Positions 11,242-23,781 are shown, counted from the first letter of the stretch. The stretch: 64,000 nt of DNA from Octopus bimaculoides (GCF_001194135.2 NC_068983.1:61224934-61288933), one strand, 5' to 3'. Numbers and translations: made by a program. The notes: a model not told the origin generated them from the letters alone.

Positions 11242-11422
11242 AAACAAGGCCATATTGCTTCAGACCAACTGAAAAGAATTCAGATGATGAAACAGGCCAA
11301 AGGTGTTCATCCATCGAAGGCTTCTCGTGTGTTTACCAAGTTTGATGTTCTGTCTACCTCGTATCACCTCATCACTAGTCGTATTGACTTGCATCTCTGT
11401 GATGATATGCAACCACGCAAAG
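11242..11422 (+). CDS. BLTP3B: BLTP3 coding exon (181 nt): KQGHIASDQ...FDVLSTSYHLITSRIDLHLCDDMQPRK
   Basis: attttcag| acceptor, |gtaatt donor; resembles recalled human FDVKETSHHLVISHLDLHICDD. Not in the ORF track. Confidence 0.92.
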
Positions 11423-11623
11423 GTAATTGATTAACTTCTTTCTGATTTCTTTCATTTTCAATTACGGTGTCTCAGTTATTTCTGTCTGAATCTACTTCAG
11501 ATTCTTCAACCTGGCTGAATCTGCAGAACGCTTATCTACCAAACTGAAGGCTTGTTAATTCCTATCCAATCACTCACACTGCAAATTATTAATGACAGTT
11601 TCAGTCCATCTAATTACAGACAA

Positions 11624-11886
11624 CATCATCATCATCATCATCATCATCATTTAACGTCCGCTTTCCATGCTAGCATGGGTTGGATGATTTGATTGGGGAC
11701 TGGTGAACCAGATGGCTGCACCAGGCTCCAATCTGATCTGGCAGAGTTTCTACAGCCGGATGCCCTTCCTAACGCCAACCACTCAGAGAGTGTAGTGGGT
11801 GCTTTTACGTGCCACCCGCACGAAGGCCAGTCAGGCGGTACTGACAACGGCCATACTCAAAATGGTGTATTTTACGTGCCACCTGT
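11624..11886 (-). mobile_element. Young RTE-LINE 3' tail, antisense
   Basis: (CAT)n TTAACGTCCGCTTTCCATGCTAGCATGGGTTGG...; reverse complement of the 10501 copy. Confidence 0.85.
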
Positions 11887-11919
11887 ACAATACTGCACAA
11901 ATAGAGGAGTCTATTCGAG

Positions 11920-12120
11920 GTTACTTGACCTCTGGAAATAGCAGCTAAATTTCCCTTAAATAACACCATATTATCATTGATAAGTGGTGATGCTGTTTAA
12001 GACTACATTGGATTTTGTTGTATTAGATACTCAATGCTTGAATAAAAGAGATAAAAGCCTGGAGTACTTTTGATCATATGCATCCTCAGTCAGGGTTGAT
12101 TTGGGTCTAAACAGCTACAG
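11920..12120 (+). repeat. Dispersed ~190-bp repeat family (CTAAACAACAAC-tailed)
   Basis: TTGACCTCTGGAAATAGCAGCTAAAT...CAGGGTTGATTTGGGTCTAAACAGC. Confidence 0.6.
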
Positions 12121-12619
12121 CAGAAGATAACCCAGGGAGGTGTAATTTAATGTAGAATGTAAGATAGCCATAATAATTGATCATCAGTATTTCAATAGGT
12201 TGCTGTTTTGGCTCAAATCTTCTCTATGATATAACCTAGCGAAGTGATTGACTAAGAATAATTTACAGTGTAGCTAGACATTAGCTGTATTTTAGAATTA
12301 AAGATATGCCAATGGCATTGCTTCAGTGCTTTCCTTTGAGTTTAAATTACTATAGATTGAAGAATCAATCATTTCTAAAAAGTGATATTTTGTTAATATT
12401 TCTGTGGAATATGTTATTTGTAGAATATTCCTAAATATCGGTTGTGTGTCTTTCAACAAGACTGATTAATAAAGTTGTTTAACACCTATGTTCAGTGTCT
12501 CTTCTTAATGTTTTGGTAGATGAAACTATTTTTTACTCTGCTACCTTACCAGCTTCAGTTGCATTTGAGAAAGATGTGGAGTACATTCACTGACTCCATC
12601 TTCAGTGACAGTCGAATGC

Positions 12620-12668
<49 letters not shown>
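12620..12668. repeat. (AAT)n microsatellite
   Basis: Seen directly in the sequence. Confidence 0.95.
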
Positions 12669-12882
12669 TCTTTCTACTGGAAGCACAAGGCCCCAAATTT
12701 GGTGGAAGGGATTAAGTCGATTACATCAACTCCAGTGCATAACTGGTACTAATTTTATTGACCCCGAAAGGATGAAAGGCGAAGTTGACCTTAGCGAAAT
12801 TTGAACTCAGAACGTAATGGCTGATGAAATACCGCTATGCATTTTGCCTGGCATGCTAACGATTCTGTCAGCTTGCCACCTC
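12668..12882 (-). mobile_element. tRNA-derived SINE, family 2
   Basis: Reverse complement of the 40163 copy (ATTTGAACTCAGAACGTA, GCATGCTAACGATTCTG). Further copies near 18835-19022 and 41620-41777. Confidence 0.8.
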
Positions 12883-13454
12883 ATTCAGTGATAATAATAA
12901 TAATTTCAATAATAATGTCCATTTTGAGAATTCTTTGAGAGTGTTGAATTTGAAGCTCAGGACTGCATGGCACCTTGGGCAAGTGTCTTGTACTACAACC
13001 CTGGGCTGATTAAAGCCTTGTGAGTGGATTTGGTAGATGGAAACTGAAAGAAGTCCATCATATGTATATATGTGTGTGTGTGTGTATTACTGTCACCTTG
13101 CTATAACATCTTGTGATTGACTGCCACTGTTATGCAAGAGTGTCCTTCATTTCCAATATTCTGTGGAAATGTGTGGTCTTGGGGGAAATATTAGCTTAAT
13201 TGGAAATAGGTGAAGGTTGGTATCCTACCATAGAAAGTCTGCCTTAACAAACTCTGTGACCCATGTGAATCATGGAAAAGTGGATGTCAAAACACTGATT
13301 TTTATGGTTATGATGATGACTATGTAATTTCCCGTTGCATACTTACAGTATATGAATTTCTCATCAAATGTTTATAGTTCATTGTTTTGTATGGATTCCT
13401 CATTTAATGTTTTTAGCAGTTAATGTTGCAGTCATTCATTATTGTATTTTCCAG

Positions 13455-13550
13455 ATTCAGCCACAACATATTGTTCTAAAATTGAGGGTGGTGCCATGCA
13501 GGTGACTCTCAACAAGCTGTCAATTGATTATTATCCCTTCAATCCTGCAG
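13455..13550 (+). CDS. BLTP3B: BLTP3 coding exon (96 nt): SATTYCSKIEGGAMQVTLNKLSIDYYPFNPA
   Basis: tttccag| acceptor, |gtaatt donor; conserved GGAMQ...IDYYP. Confidence 0.93.
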
Positions 13551-14129
13551 GTAATTTAACTTATTTAATATATTCATCTTTTGAGTGGATTACTTGGCTG
13601 CTTTGTGTGATTTGCTTTGCTACTTTTGTAATATTTCAAGATGTACACAAAATGTTTGGTCATCTAACATCATTGGTTTGCATAACCTTTTGTGTATTTC
13701 TTTAATTTTAATTAATCACAAATTGGTGACTGAAATATTTGGAATAATTTTCTCTCCTTGTCAGAAGAGAATGGATAAGTTCCATTGATTGAGATATTAT
13801 TCTTGTGAGATAATGGTTAGTATGACTGAATTTCATATTGACAGTTTCAAGAATTTGTCTTGTAAATATGGATTAACTATCAGAATTACAATATCTTAGT
13901 GGGGATAGCTGGACTTTATGTGGGAAAGTGTCATAACAGTTGGCTCTTGTGTAGGATAGACATCTATTTGGTCAGATTATATGTATGGAACAGCTGTCAG
14001 AATAGTTAGATTTTATATGGATCAGCTATCTATATAACTAGACTATGTGTGAGACAGCTGTCGGGTCTTGACTGAGACAGCTGTGTAAGTGATCAGACTA
14101 CATGAGTCAAAGTGAGAACTTCTATATAG

Positions 14130-14311
14130 TCATTTAACTTGCTAGAAATAGCATTCAAATCTTTCTCTAATTGCATTATATTCATTTAAAAAATAGATGC
14201 TACTCATTGAATACAATGAACTATTGGTGAAGGACAGAACGGTCATGACTGTAATGGCTTTGATCGTAGGTATGCTTGATCAGGGTTAACCCAGGGTTAA
14301 ACTGCAACAAC
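14130..14311 (+). repeat. Dispersed ~190-bp repeat family (CTAAACAACAAC-tailed)
   Basis: TTAACTTGCTAGAAATAGCATTCAAATC...GATCAGGGTTAACCCAGGGTTAAACTGCAACAAC. Confidence 0.6.
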
Positions 14312-15407
14312 TTGACTGCTTATGTGAAAGCTGATAAAATAGCTATGCCTCTCATGTGTCAGAATGACTTAACTATATGTGGGGTAGTTTTTAGAATGAA
14401 CAAGCTGTATGAGTGGGTGGGGCTGCAGTTGACGGAATAGCTAGATTCCTTGTGGGGCTGGAGTCAGTTGTTACTGTGACCACGTATATAACATGCCAGA
14501 CTAAATATTGTGTCACTAATTAATGTTAATTTGTTACTTTGATATATCGACTCTGATGTAACATGTTATGAAATTTCAGTGATGACACTGTCTCCTCTGA
14601 CCTCATTAATCAAAGTTAATGACAGTTGGGATTGGCTTCAACAATACTTAGTATATGATTTTATCAGAAAATTATTAATGACTGAGAAAGACATTTTATC
14701 TCTAGATATGTTTTATCAACTTATTCACTAATGTACCTCAGACACAGTCCTTATATTCTTCTAACAGACTAATTCTATTTCATTAGGCATTTGCAATATA
14801 ACCCCTTTCTTTTTGCTTTATAATTTGTTGCTTTGCTGATGTAGAATTAGTCATGCTTTCTTTGTAGTATTGCTCTAGCATGGCCAAATGTAGCTTAAAT
14901 CTCTTACACAACTAAAGAACACCCTACACATCTTGGTGGAGAAAGAATTCTCCGGACAGGTTTCCAGTTAGTCTGAAATTGTTTTTACAATTACTCTTAA
15001 CATTTTTTATAACTTCCAGATGAGGCATTGATAATGAGTAGAGGTGAGTTGATTTAACCTTGTTGCTTCTTGAATGCCTAAATCTCTTTCTCTACGACCC
15101 ATTTCATCTGCTTAAAACTTCTACAGCATTCTGAAGGAATTTTGGTGATATATATTTTAAGGGGAGTGCATTTATTATAGCAGGGGCAAGATAGACTGTT
15201 ATCATTTGGTTATGGGATCAGATTATTGATTAATAATAATGAAATTCAGTGGTGAACTGATTCTTTTATGAGTCTATCCTAGAAAATGTATATTTGAATA
15301 AAAATTGTGACATTATCTGCAGTTTTAGAATAAAAACAACTCCATTAATTAGGATTAATGAAAAATGTAACCATCTAGGGCAAAAAAAAGTTATTAGACT
15401 TTTGATA

Positions 15408-15619
15408 TAGGGTGGGCCAAAAGTAGGCTTACAGTTATTCAACTATCTCTTTCGTATTCATATATTAACAGTTTAGATCTTAATTATAAAAAAATATGAA
15501 ACCATTATTCTATGCTAATTTAGATAATTGTAAGATAGAAATTTAAATGTAATAAAATGTTTTAAAAGAAATTTAAAGTGCCTACATGATAACTGTAAAC
15601 CTACTTTTGGGCCACCCTG
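15408..15619. mobile_element. Tc1/mariner-type MITE (212 bp)
   Basis: ~30-bp TIRs TAGGGTGGGCCAAAAGTAGGCTTACAGTTA and reverse-complement CAGGGTGGCCCAAAAGTAGGTTTACAGTTA. TA duplication at 15406-15407 and 15620-15621. AT-rich non-coding core. Confidence 0.88.
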
Positions 15620-17861
15620 TAGTATTTAGGTTCCAGATATTCTGTTATTCCTGACAATAATAATAGGACTTACTATAAATGGGCTTTTGAACAAGGTTAA
15701 ATTAGATAAATTTGAATATTTACGATAATTGTTTAGGAAGATTTGTGGAAGTAGAGGAAATGTAAATACTGAAATATTTCTACTGGCCTCATTAAAAGCA
15801 CTAATTTCCTCAGATTCCACTGTTTTATTAAACATACCATAGCTTCTTCTGAGCTGTTACTTAAGAAGAAAGACAATAACAAGTTGTATATGCATCACTC
15901 AGAGAAAATGTTTTTGTAACTCAATTCTAATAGGTTAGAGCGGGGATGGGTAAATAGAGGTAAAGAAAGAAATAGAAAATCTATAAACTATACTGATGTC
16001 CTTTAAGAGGTGACTTAATACCTTATCCTATGATTAAGTTCATTAAAATAATTATCCTAACACACTGTCTTGTAGTGCCTTACTTTTCTTATTGGAAACT
16101 ATAAAAAAATCAGAACATTTCTAGCATGAAGCTCTGCTACACACTCTACCAAAACAACCCTTGCCTTCCCAGCATTCCATTTCCCATCATATGTTTGTAA
16201 TGTATATCTAATTACTTATGATTAAGCATAAGTGATAATCTTTTCAATCATTGTACTTTGGTAGAGTCATAATAGTCCCCTCTCCCATCACTACATTATT
16301 TTCTTTGCATCAGGCATCTTCTGTTTAGATAATTATTCCCTCTTATTCCATTGGTAAAACCATATAAAGCATCATTGACCAAACCCTACATCTATGATTT
16401 AACTTTTTAGTACTCTTAGGGTGATGTAAACAGCAGTATTTGTGTGTGTGTGTGCATGTGTTTAGTTAATAGCCAGTATGACTCTACCAAAATACAACAT
16501 TAACTGTTTCAACAAATAATTTCACACCAGATCTCTTCTCAAACATACTGGAAAGAAATCATCTTCATTATTTTACGAAAATGTGGAAGCCTACTTAACT
16601 TTGATTTAAACTAATAACATTCATTCATATTTTTTTATGGACTTGGTTTTCATTTTTCTAGAGTACACATATTGAATGAGGCAATGCATAAATAAACTGA
16701 TGTTTTTATTAATATTTAGCAGAAGCAACAAAGTAACTCAAGGGCTGAGAGTTTCATGCGTTCTTATGAAACTCTTGGCCCTTGAATAAATATGTTGCTT
16801 CTGCTAAATATTAATAAAAATATACATTAAACACTCATGTTTTGAGTTCTATTTTTCCTGTTTGCATCACCAAACCTAAACAAATTGATATAGATAAAAA
16901 TAGATAACCAACTGGGAATTAATCCTACATCACTAGATTTTTATATATATTCAAACAGAAACCTTAAACTGAAAGCTTTTAAAATTATACATTACTCTGC
17001 TCTAGAGTGTTGAAATATAGTTGATCAGTTGGACAGCCTAATTAAAATGTGCATAAACGGTGCAGCAAAATATCTTAAATTTCCAGATATACCCAGCCCA
17101 CAGAGAGCCAAATTTAAAATACTGAAATAGTTTCTAAATTCATGCAACAGATGTGAGCATGACCATGTAGTTAAGAAGTTTGTTTTGCAACCATATAGTT
17201 TCAGGTTTGACTTCTCTTTGTAATTCCTTGAGTAAGTATCATCTATCATTGTGTAAAATTATTTCTTATATTTGTCAGAATCAGCGGAGGTTTTTGATAA
17301 AGTGCAGATATTGTCTTTCAGCCTGCATCGCATTGTCCTCCCCTATCATATTGCTTTTCCTCCCCAAGCTTTTGCTTTATTTTGATCTGCTGAAGAGTTT
17401 GTTTGTTTATAGGGATTATTTCCTTTTGGCTAAAAGGGCTTCTAGCTGTGACTGATGCATTCTACATATATATATGTTTATTTTGTGTGTGTGTGTGTGT
17501 ATGTGTGTGTGTGTGTGTGTTTGGATCCTCTGTATGAGTGTACTTTGGATAATTGAGCATGAATTTATTTGTTAGAGTCTTTTACATCTTAAAATTCTTC
17601 AAATATCATTCCCTTCATTTCTCCTCCTTCTTTCTTGTATATTATTCTTTCCATCAGTCCAGCTTGGGAAGTGGTTGCCAATTTTTTTACTGTGGCTGGT
17701 GATACTATCAACCAAATGAGCTGGGTGCATTGTTTCATAATTTCAGCTGTTTTATGGTTCTGTATAAACCAATGTATTGCATAAAGCTGCTGTTACAACA
17801 CCAATAAGAGTTTCCAATTTCCACCTCAGAGTTTAACATATTTTGTTTTTGTCATTTGTAG

Positions 17862-18017
17862 GTGGAGAACGAAAGCAATGGTACCGATACAGTGACCAGG
17901 TTGGTTCACGGAACCATTGGGTTGGTGGATTGTTTGCCAGTCACAAAAAGGAGGTTCAAAGGGCCAGATCAGCATTTGGAATGTCATCTCCATCACAGTC
18001 CCCTTCACACTCAACAG
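17862..18017 (+). CDS. BLTP3B: BLTP3 coding exon (156 nt): GERKQWYRYSDQVGSRNHWVGGLF...SPSHST
   Basis: tttgtag| acceptor, |gtaatt donor, phase 1/1. Confidence 0.9.
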
Positions 18018-19261
18018 GTAATTCTTCATACATGAACACTTCTGTATAATGTTGCTTTCCTGTTGGATTTGATATTTCAAATTAAGATAGACTTAATTCT
18101 CATCTCTTCACCCTAGTTTAATGTCCATTCCTATTAATTGTTGGAATTAAAAAAAAAAAAGCTTTTATTCAGAGAAGTGGGTGAAATGCTCTTAACTTTC
18201 GTGGCAGGCCTTCTACGAACAATGATATTGCTGTTGTTGATATTTAATGTGAACATGCATAGGTTGGAGTTAGTAGTAGGAAAGGTTATTCCAGTAAGGG
18301 CTGGGAAAAATACTTATTGTGAGGTCTAAGTGGTGAAAGTGAGACTGGTGAATGTGAGATTGGATAAAAGGGCTTGGGTGAAGAGCTAATTCAGAGAAGT
18401 AGAGACTGTTCATTTTGCAAAAGAAGTGACAATGAGTGGAACCAACATATTTGTGAGCTAGTGAATCATGTTTGATTGGATGCAGTCTAAGATGTTAGTA
18501 TGCAAACAACAGTACTGTTCCATTGATGTACTCCAATGTATATATTTACTTAAATTTTGTTGAGAATCAGTAACTAATTAGGGCTGTAGTATTTGTTTAT
18601 TCTAAAATAGATCCCCTAATGCTTAATGACATGGTTTTGGCAATATTGTATGTGTAAGGTCACCATGAAAAATTATATCTGAGATTGTGTGGGTTTTAGT
18701 TGTGAGTGGTTCAGGATTAGAAAGGGTGAGAAGCAATATTGTTACTTTGGTGTGAACAATATTTGAGTCTTTAAAACTAGGCTGTTATGTCCCTATTGAA
18801 GGCTGCTCTCAATGTCTTTATTCTTGGAGTCATTTGATGGGGAAAGGGGGTAAGTTGATTACATTGACCCCAGTGTTCTACTGGTACTTATTTTATTGAC
18901 CCTGGAATGATGAAAGGCAAAAGTCGACCTTGGCAGAATTTGGATTCAGAATGTAAGGACAGATGAAATACCATTAAGCATCTTGCCCAGCATGCTAATG
19001 ATTCTGCCAGCTCATTGCCTACAGTTTAGAAATAATGATATAAAAGAGAGAAAAGAGGAACATAAAAAAAAAGCAAAAAGAGCAGAAGTGAAGAAGACAT
19101 CCACAGTTCTTGAGTGGTGAACATTTCTGCTATAAAAGTAGAAGGCTTAAGATAATCTCTTATTAAATTTTTGTCCTCTTTCTAATATTAAACTAATGTT
19201 TGATTATTTGTAGTATCCATCATGTTCAGTAATTTATGTGTATTGATTAACTATTTTACAG

Positions 19262-19642
19262 ATCAACCTCAAGGTACATCATCCACACCATCATCATCTT
19301 CAACTGGTAGTAGTATCAATACAAATAGTAGTAGCACTAAACCTCAAATGTCATCCACAGTCTCTAGTGCCAATGAGAAAGTGACTGGATCAGGAAGTGG
19401 ATCAAGTGTGCCAAACCGATCTTCTCATGGTGGGGAGAAGAGGTTGTGTTTACTTGAGAGCTGCTTTGTTCTTGAAGTGGACGAGTTCACAATTTTCTGT
19501 ATCTCCACAGCTGATAATAAGAGAAACAACCCTCACAAATTCTTCTCTTCAGAGAAGAGGGTGTTACATTTACCTCAAGATATGCCAATTTTACACATGG
19601 AGTTCACTGAATATTATTATCCTGAGGGAGTCAATTTGCCAG
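19262..19642 (+). CDS. BLTP3B: BLTP3 coding exon (381 nt): Ser-rich linker then LLESCFVLEVDEFTIFCIST...LHMEFTEYYYPEGVNLP
   Basis: ttttacag| acceptor, |gtaagt donor; ORF 19222..19650. Confidence 0.93.
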
Positions 19643-20631
19643 GTAAGTAACCTTTACACTCACAGTTGTAATGTCTATTTGTTCTGCAACAGTTTATTGT
19701 AAAAACTGCCTTAGTTCACACATGGTTTTTTGGTGTTATTTTATTCTTTTACTATTTTGTCAGAGCTAGGTAAGGTAGCACTATGACCCCTTTTCAAGGT
19801 CCCCAAAACTAGTGAAAGAAAGGTACCTTAAAACTAGAAACCTGGGTTGAATACTTGCAAGAGTGTACTTTGCTAACGGTACCCATGGGCCAGGTGAAGG
19901 TGCTAAACTGGACAGCAGGTTAAATCTACCACACAAAAACAGAAATAGGCTTCTAACAAGCTTCCATATAGTTTCTATTTACAAGCCTTCAGTTATTCTG
20001 AGGCTATAGCTGAAAACAAATGCCTCAAAGTGTTGTGTAGTGACATTGAACCCGAAACCATGCAGTTGCAAAGTGAACTCCTTTACTATACAGCCATATT
20101 TATGACTGAACACAAACATGGACACGTGCAATTACAACTACTCACCGCCATACATATGAGTAAATATACTTGATCGTACTCAGACGTGCGTGCACACACA
20201 AACATACAGATACATCTACATACTGAGTAATGATGTCTTTCCAACGTCAGTAAATCAGTTATATGATTCGACCCTTTTGTTACCATAATTCTATTGATAT
20301 ATACTATCTTCTTTCCATTTATTTTTGAAAATAATGAAGAATTTGTTAAATAACTTTTTCAATTTAATTTGGTGTTTGGAATATAAATTAATATGGAAGA
20401 TGTGAATTTAGATCATTTTGACCTAGAGGAAAGCCAAGCAAATTCTATCATGTCCATTAATCTCCCTTATCAAGCCTTCATGAAATTTATTCACTATTTG
20501 GTAAGTAGAAGTTTATCCAGATCATAAATGAAAATAAAGAGGGAAATTCTGGTTTGTTCTGCTTCTCTATAACCAATCATTGAATCAGTTTTGTTTTATA
20601 TGGATTGATTTTCTTTTTGTCTATTTTTCAG

Positions 20632-20738
20632 TGCCACATGCTAATCTGTATGTATTGTTAAACCCTGTACAGCTGAGAGTCGACTATCTTACACTCCTCT
20701 GGCTTAACTATTTTGTGTTGCAGCTGTCCAAAAATCTG
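20632..20738 (+). CDS. BLTP3B: BLTP3 coding exon (107 nt): PHANLYVLLNPVQLRVDYLTLLWLNYFVLQLSKNL
   Basis: tttttcag| acceptor, |gttagt donor; NLY...DxxTLLWLN motif. Confidence 0.92.
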
Positions 20739-20766
20739 GTTAGTATTTATGTTAGCTCTTCTCTTT

Positions 20767-21687
20767 CATCATCATCATCATCATCATCATTTAACGTCCG
20801 CTTTCCATGCTAGCATGGGTTGGACGATTTGACTGAGGACTGGTGAACCAGATGGCTACACCAGGCTCCAATCTGATTTGGCAGAGTTTCTACAGCTGGA
20901 TGCCCTTCCTAACACCAACCACTCCGAGAGTGTAGTGGGTGCTTTTATGTGCCACCGGCACGAAAGCCAATCAGACGGTACTGGCCACGCTCAAAATGGT
21001 GTATTTTACGTGCCACCTGCACAAGAGCCAGTCCAGCGGCACTGGCAACAATCTCGCTCGAATGTGTTTACATGTACCACCAGCAAGATTTCGCTTTCGC
21101 TTGCCCCAACAGGTCTTTGCAAGCCGAGTTTAGTGTCCAATGAAGGAGACGACGTTGGCATGGGTGCCAGTCGTCGAATTTAGTTCGACTTCGATTTCAC
21201 TTGCCTCAACAGGTCTTCGCAAGCAGAGTTTAGTGTCCAACGAAGGAAAGGTATGCATAAGTGGGCTGGTTATACCACTGGCATAGGCCACAGGTTATGG
21301 TCTCACTTGGCTTGCCGGGTCTTCTCAAGCACAGCATATTTCCAAAGGTCTCGGTCAGAAGTCATCGCCTCGGTGAGNNNNNNNNNNGCATAGGCCACAG
21401 GTTATGGTCTCACTTGGCTTGCCGGGTCTTCTCAAGCACAGCATATTTCCAAAGGTCTCGGTCAGAAGTCATCGCCTCGGTGAGGCCCAATGTTCGAAGG
21501 TCGTGCCTCATCACCTCATCCTAGGTCTTCCTGGGCCTACCGCTTCCACAGGTTCCCTCAACTGCTAGGGTGTGGCACTTTTTCACACAGCTATCCTCAT
21601 CCATTCTCGCCACATGACCATACCAGTGCAATCGTCTCTCTTGCACACCACAACTGATGCTTCTTAGGTTCAACTTTTCTCTCAAGG
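20767..21687 (-). mobile_element. Young 5'-truncated RTE LINE (ORF C-terminus, 3' UTR, (GAT)n tail); contains gap N 21378-21387
   Basis: Reverse translation LREKLNLRSISCGVQERRLHWYGHVARMDEDSCVKKCHTLAVEGTCGSGRPRKT is the RTE RT C-terminal region; tail identical in type to the other copies. Confidence 0.9.
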
Positions 21688-21905
21688 AAAAATAGATGTT
21701 AACATGATGATGATGATGATGATGAATGTCCTCTAATAGTTTTGTATGTATTAAGTAGATGTTATCTATTTCTTCCTGTCTTCTCACTTTGTCTAGCTGA
21801 TCAGCAAGCATGGACAACTAAGACACCTTGCACTGTCTCTTGTAAATCAAAGATAACAACATTTGTGTATCTTACTAACAACTGTTTTTCACCTTTGTTT
21901 TGCAG

Positions 21906-21968
21906 AAAGAAAATACAGATGGACCTCGTGAACACATTGATATCAAATTTGAAGCTTTAATGCCGAAA
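21906..21968 (+). CDS. BLTP3B: BLTP3 coding exon (63 nt): KENTDGPREHIDIKFEALMPK
   Basis: TACTAAC branch site at ~21873, ttttgcag| acceptor, |gtaagt donor; resembles recalled human EHVDVRVDGLMLK. Confidence 0.88.
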
Positions 21969-23394
21969 GTAAGTTGACTTTGCTGTTGATACTACTACTA
22001 CTACAACTAGGAAACTTCTATGTGGTCATTCAACTTGGAGATAGTAGTCAAGTCTCCTTCAAATCTTGGAAAATGATAATTATTCTGGTTGGAATGCTTT
22101 TGATCATAGGTCTGCTTGATTAGGGCCAACAATTATTATCTTTATTGCTCCTAGTATTATTGCTGTACTTTCCATTATATATGTCAAAAAAACTTTATGG
22201 TTATAACATGAGATTCTGCACTTATTTTATGCAGTGGTATTGTAATGAGTTTCAATCTTGTCAAATTTTCAATGAAGATTTAAGTGCTATTCATTTCACT
22301 TCACTTTCGTTACTTCATAGACTTGAGAACAGCATCAAAGACACACAATCTGATTTCCTTTCGTCTCTTATTGTGAGGCATTGTGATCATCAAAAACTGG
22401 AATTTATCTATGGATGGCCTAATACCTACAGAAATGTAAACAGTTTCACTAGAAATTATAATATTTTTAAAACATAAATGATTCATTTGTGTTTGCAAAT
22501 AATAGTGTAACTTATTCATGTCACTCCTAAAGTGAAAGCATGTGGCCTAGTGGTTAGGGGCTGAGTTAACAATCATAAGTTCATGGGTTCAGTTCCTGGA
22601 CTGGGTGGTGCAGTGTGTCACTGAGTAAGACACATCATTTCACATTGCTCAAAGCTACTCAGCTGAACATGAGTACTAGTTGACTGCTGGTGCAGCCCTC
22701 TAGTTGCTCCAGCTATCACATCCTTGATATTTCACTGGGTCAAGTATGAGAGAATCGAAAGGATGTTTATGTCTGCTTATACCAATAACATGATATTTGT
22801 GTCGCTTGGGCCCCTGAAACATCTGTTCACCTTGCATATGTCAATAACATATAATTATCTGGACTACTTTGGTTCCCAAAACATATTTGGGTCTCTTTCA
22901 TTCCTGAAATTTATCAAAATCCATCAAGTTATTTACTTACTGGTGTTTGTTCTTTAGAATTCTGGTTGTCTTCTTGACTACTGAATCAACTATTGTAGAG
23001 TGTTCAGTTCCCACAAAAGTGAAATTTTTAGTTACATAATTAGATTCCTAAATTAATGAAGTACTTCTGTTTTGTTGAAAATGTTTTTATTATTGTAATA
23101 TTTGTAATGGTTAGAGGGAACAGCTAAATGCTGATAGTGAGAAATATTCAGTATCAGCATCCAGCTACTATTTCTAAAGACTAAATTTGTAAAACCTTTT
23201 AATAGGCTTATGGCCTCTTGATTCTCCATCTTTTCTCTTGTCACTGATGTATATTCATTGTTTTTTGCTAGTTGAATCTTTGTTGGGAGTGGTTGACCAT
23301 TAGGAACATTGCAGACATGAAACACCAGCAAACAGTTTTCTATCTAGATTCAAATATTAACTATTTAAAGCTATGAGAGAACCTTTATATGATC

Positions 23395-23581
23395 ATTCAG
23401 CCTGCAAATAATAGTAGCCAAATTCTCCTCAAATCACACCCTACAGTGTTAAAAGAAGGACACATTGAATTATGTAGTCCTGAATACACTGCCCATAGAA
23501 AATAAGAAGGAGTGATCACAGCTAGATTGTTCTTGACCATAGGTTTACATGATCAGGGCTAGCCTAGAGCTAAACAACAAA
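23395..23581 (+). repeat. Dispersed ~190-bp repeat family (CTAAACAACAAC-tailed)
   Basis: CCTGCAAATAATAGTAGCCAAATTCTCCTCAAATCACACCCTAC...GATCAGGGCTAGCCTAGAGCTAAACAACAA. Confidence 0.65.
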
Positions 23582-23781
23582 GGCTACTTAAATAACCTCC
23601 CACAATATCAACTATATAAATTATTGTTAGAGAAATAACATTGGATTAACATAATATGTGTGAAAGTAATGAATGTGTTAAGTGAAATACATTAGTAAAG
23701 AAGGGCTCTGGCTGGAGAGATCCTTCTCTTTACATGTTTTACTAACAACCAGTCTAACTCTTTATTTTTCTTTATCTCCAG

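Noticed and set aside
19397-19702. 101-aa ORF overlapping the BLTP3 exon in another frame
   Set aside because: Shadow frame of a real exon with no independent signals; the same applies to antisense ORFs at 17826, 24512, 25193 and 28543
21280-21485. ~98-bp direct duplication on either side of a 10-N gap
   Set aside because: Typical unmerged contig overlap, i.e. an assembly artefact
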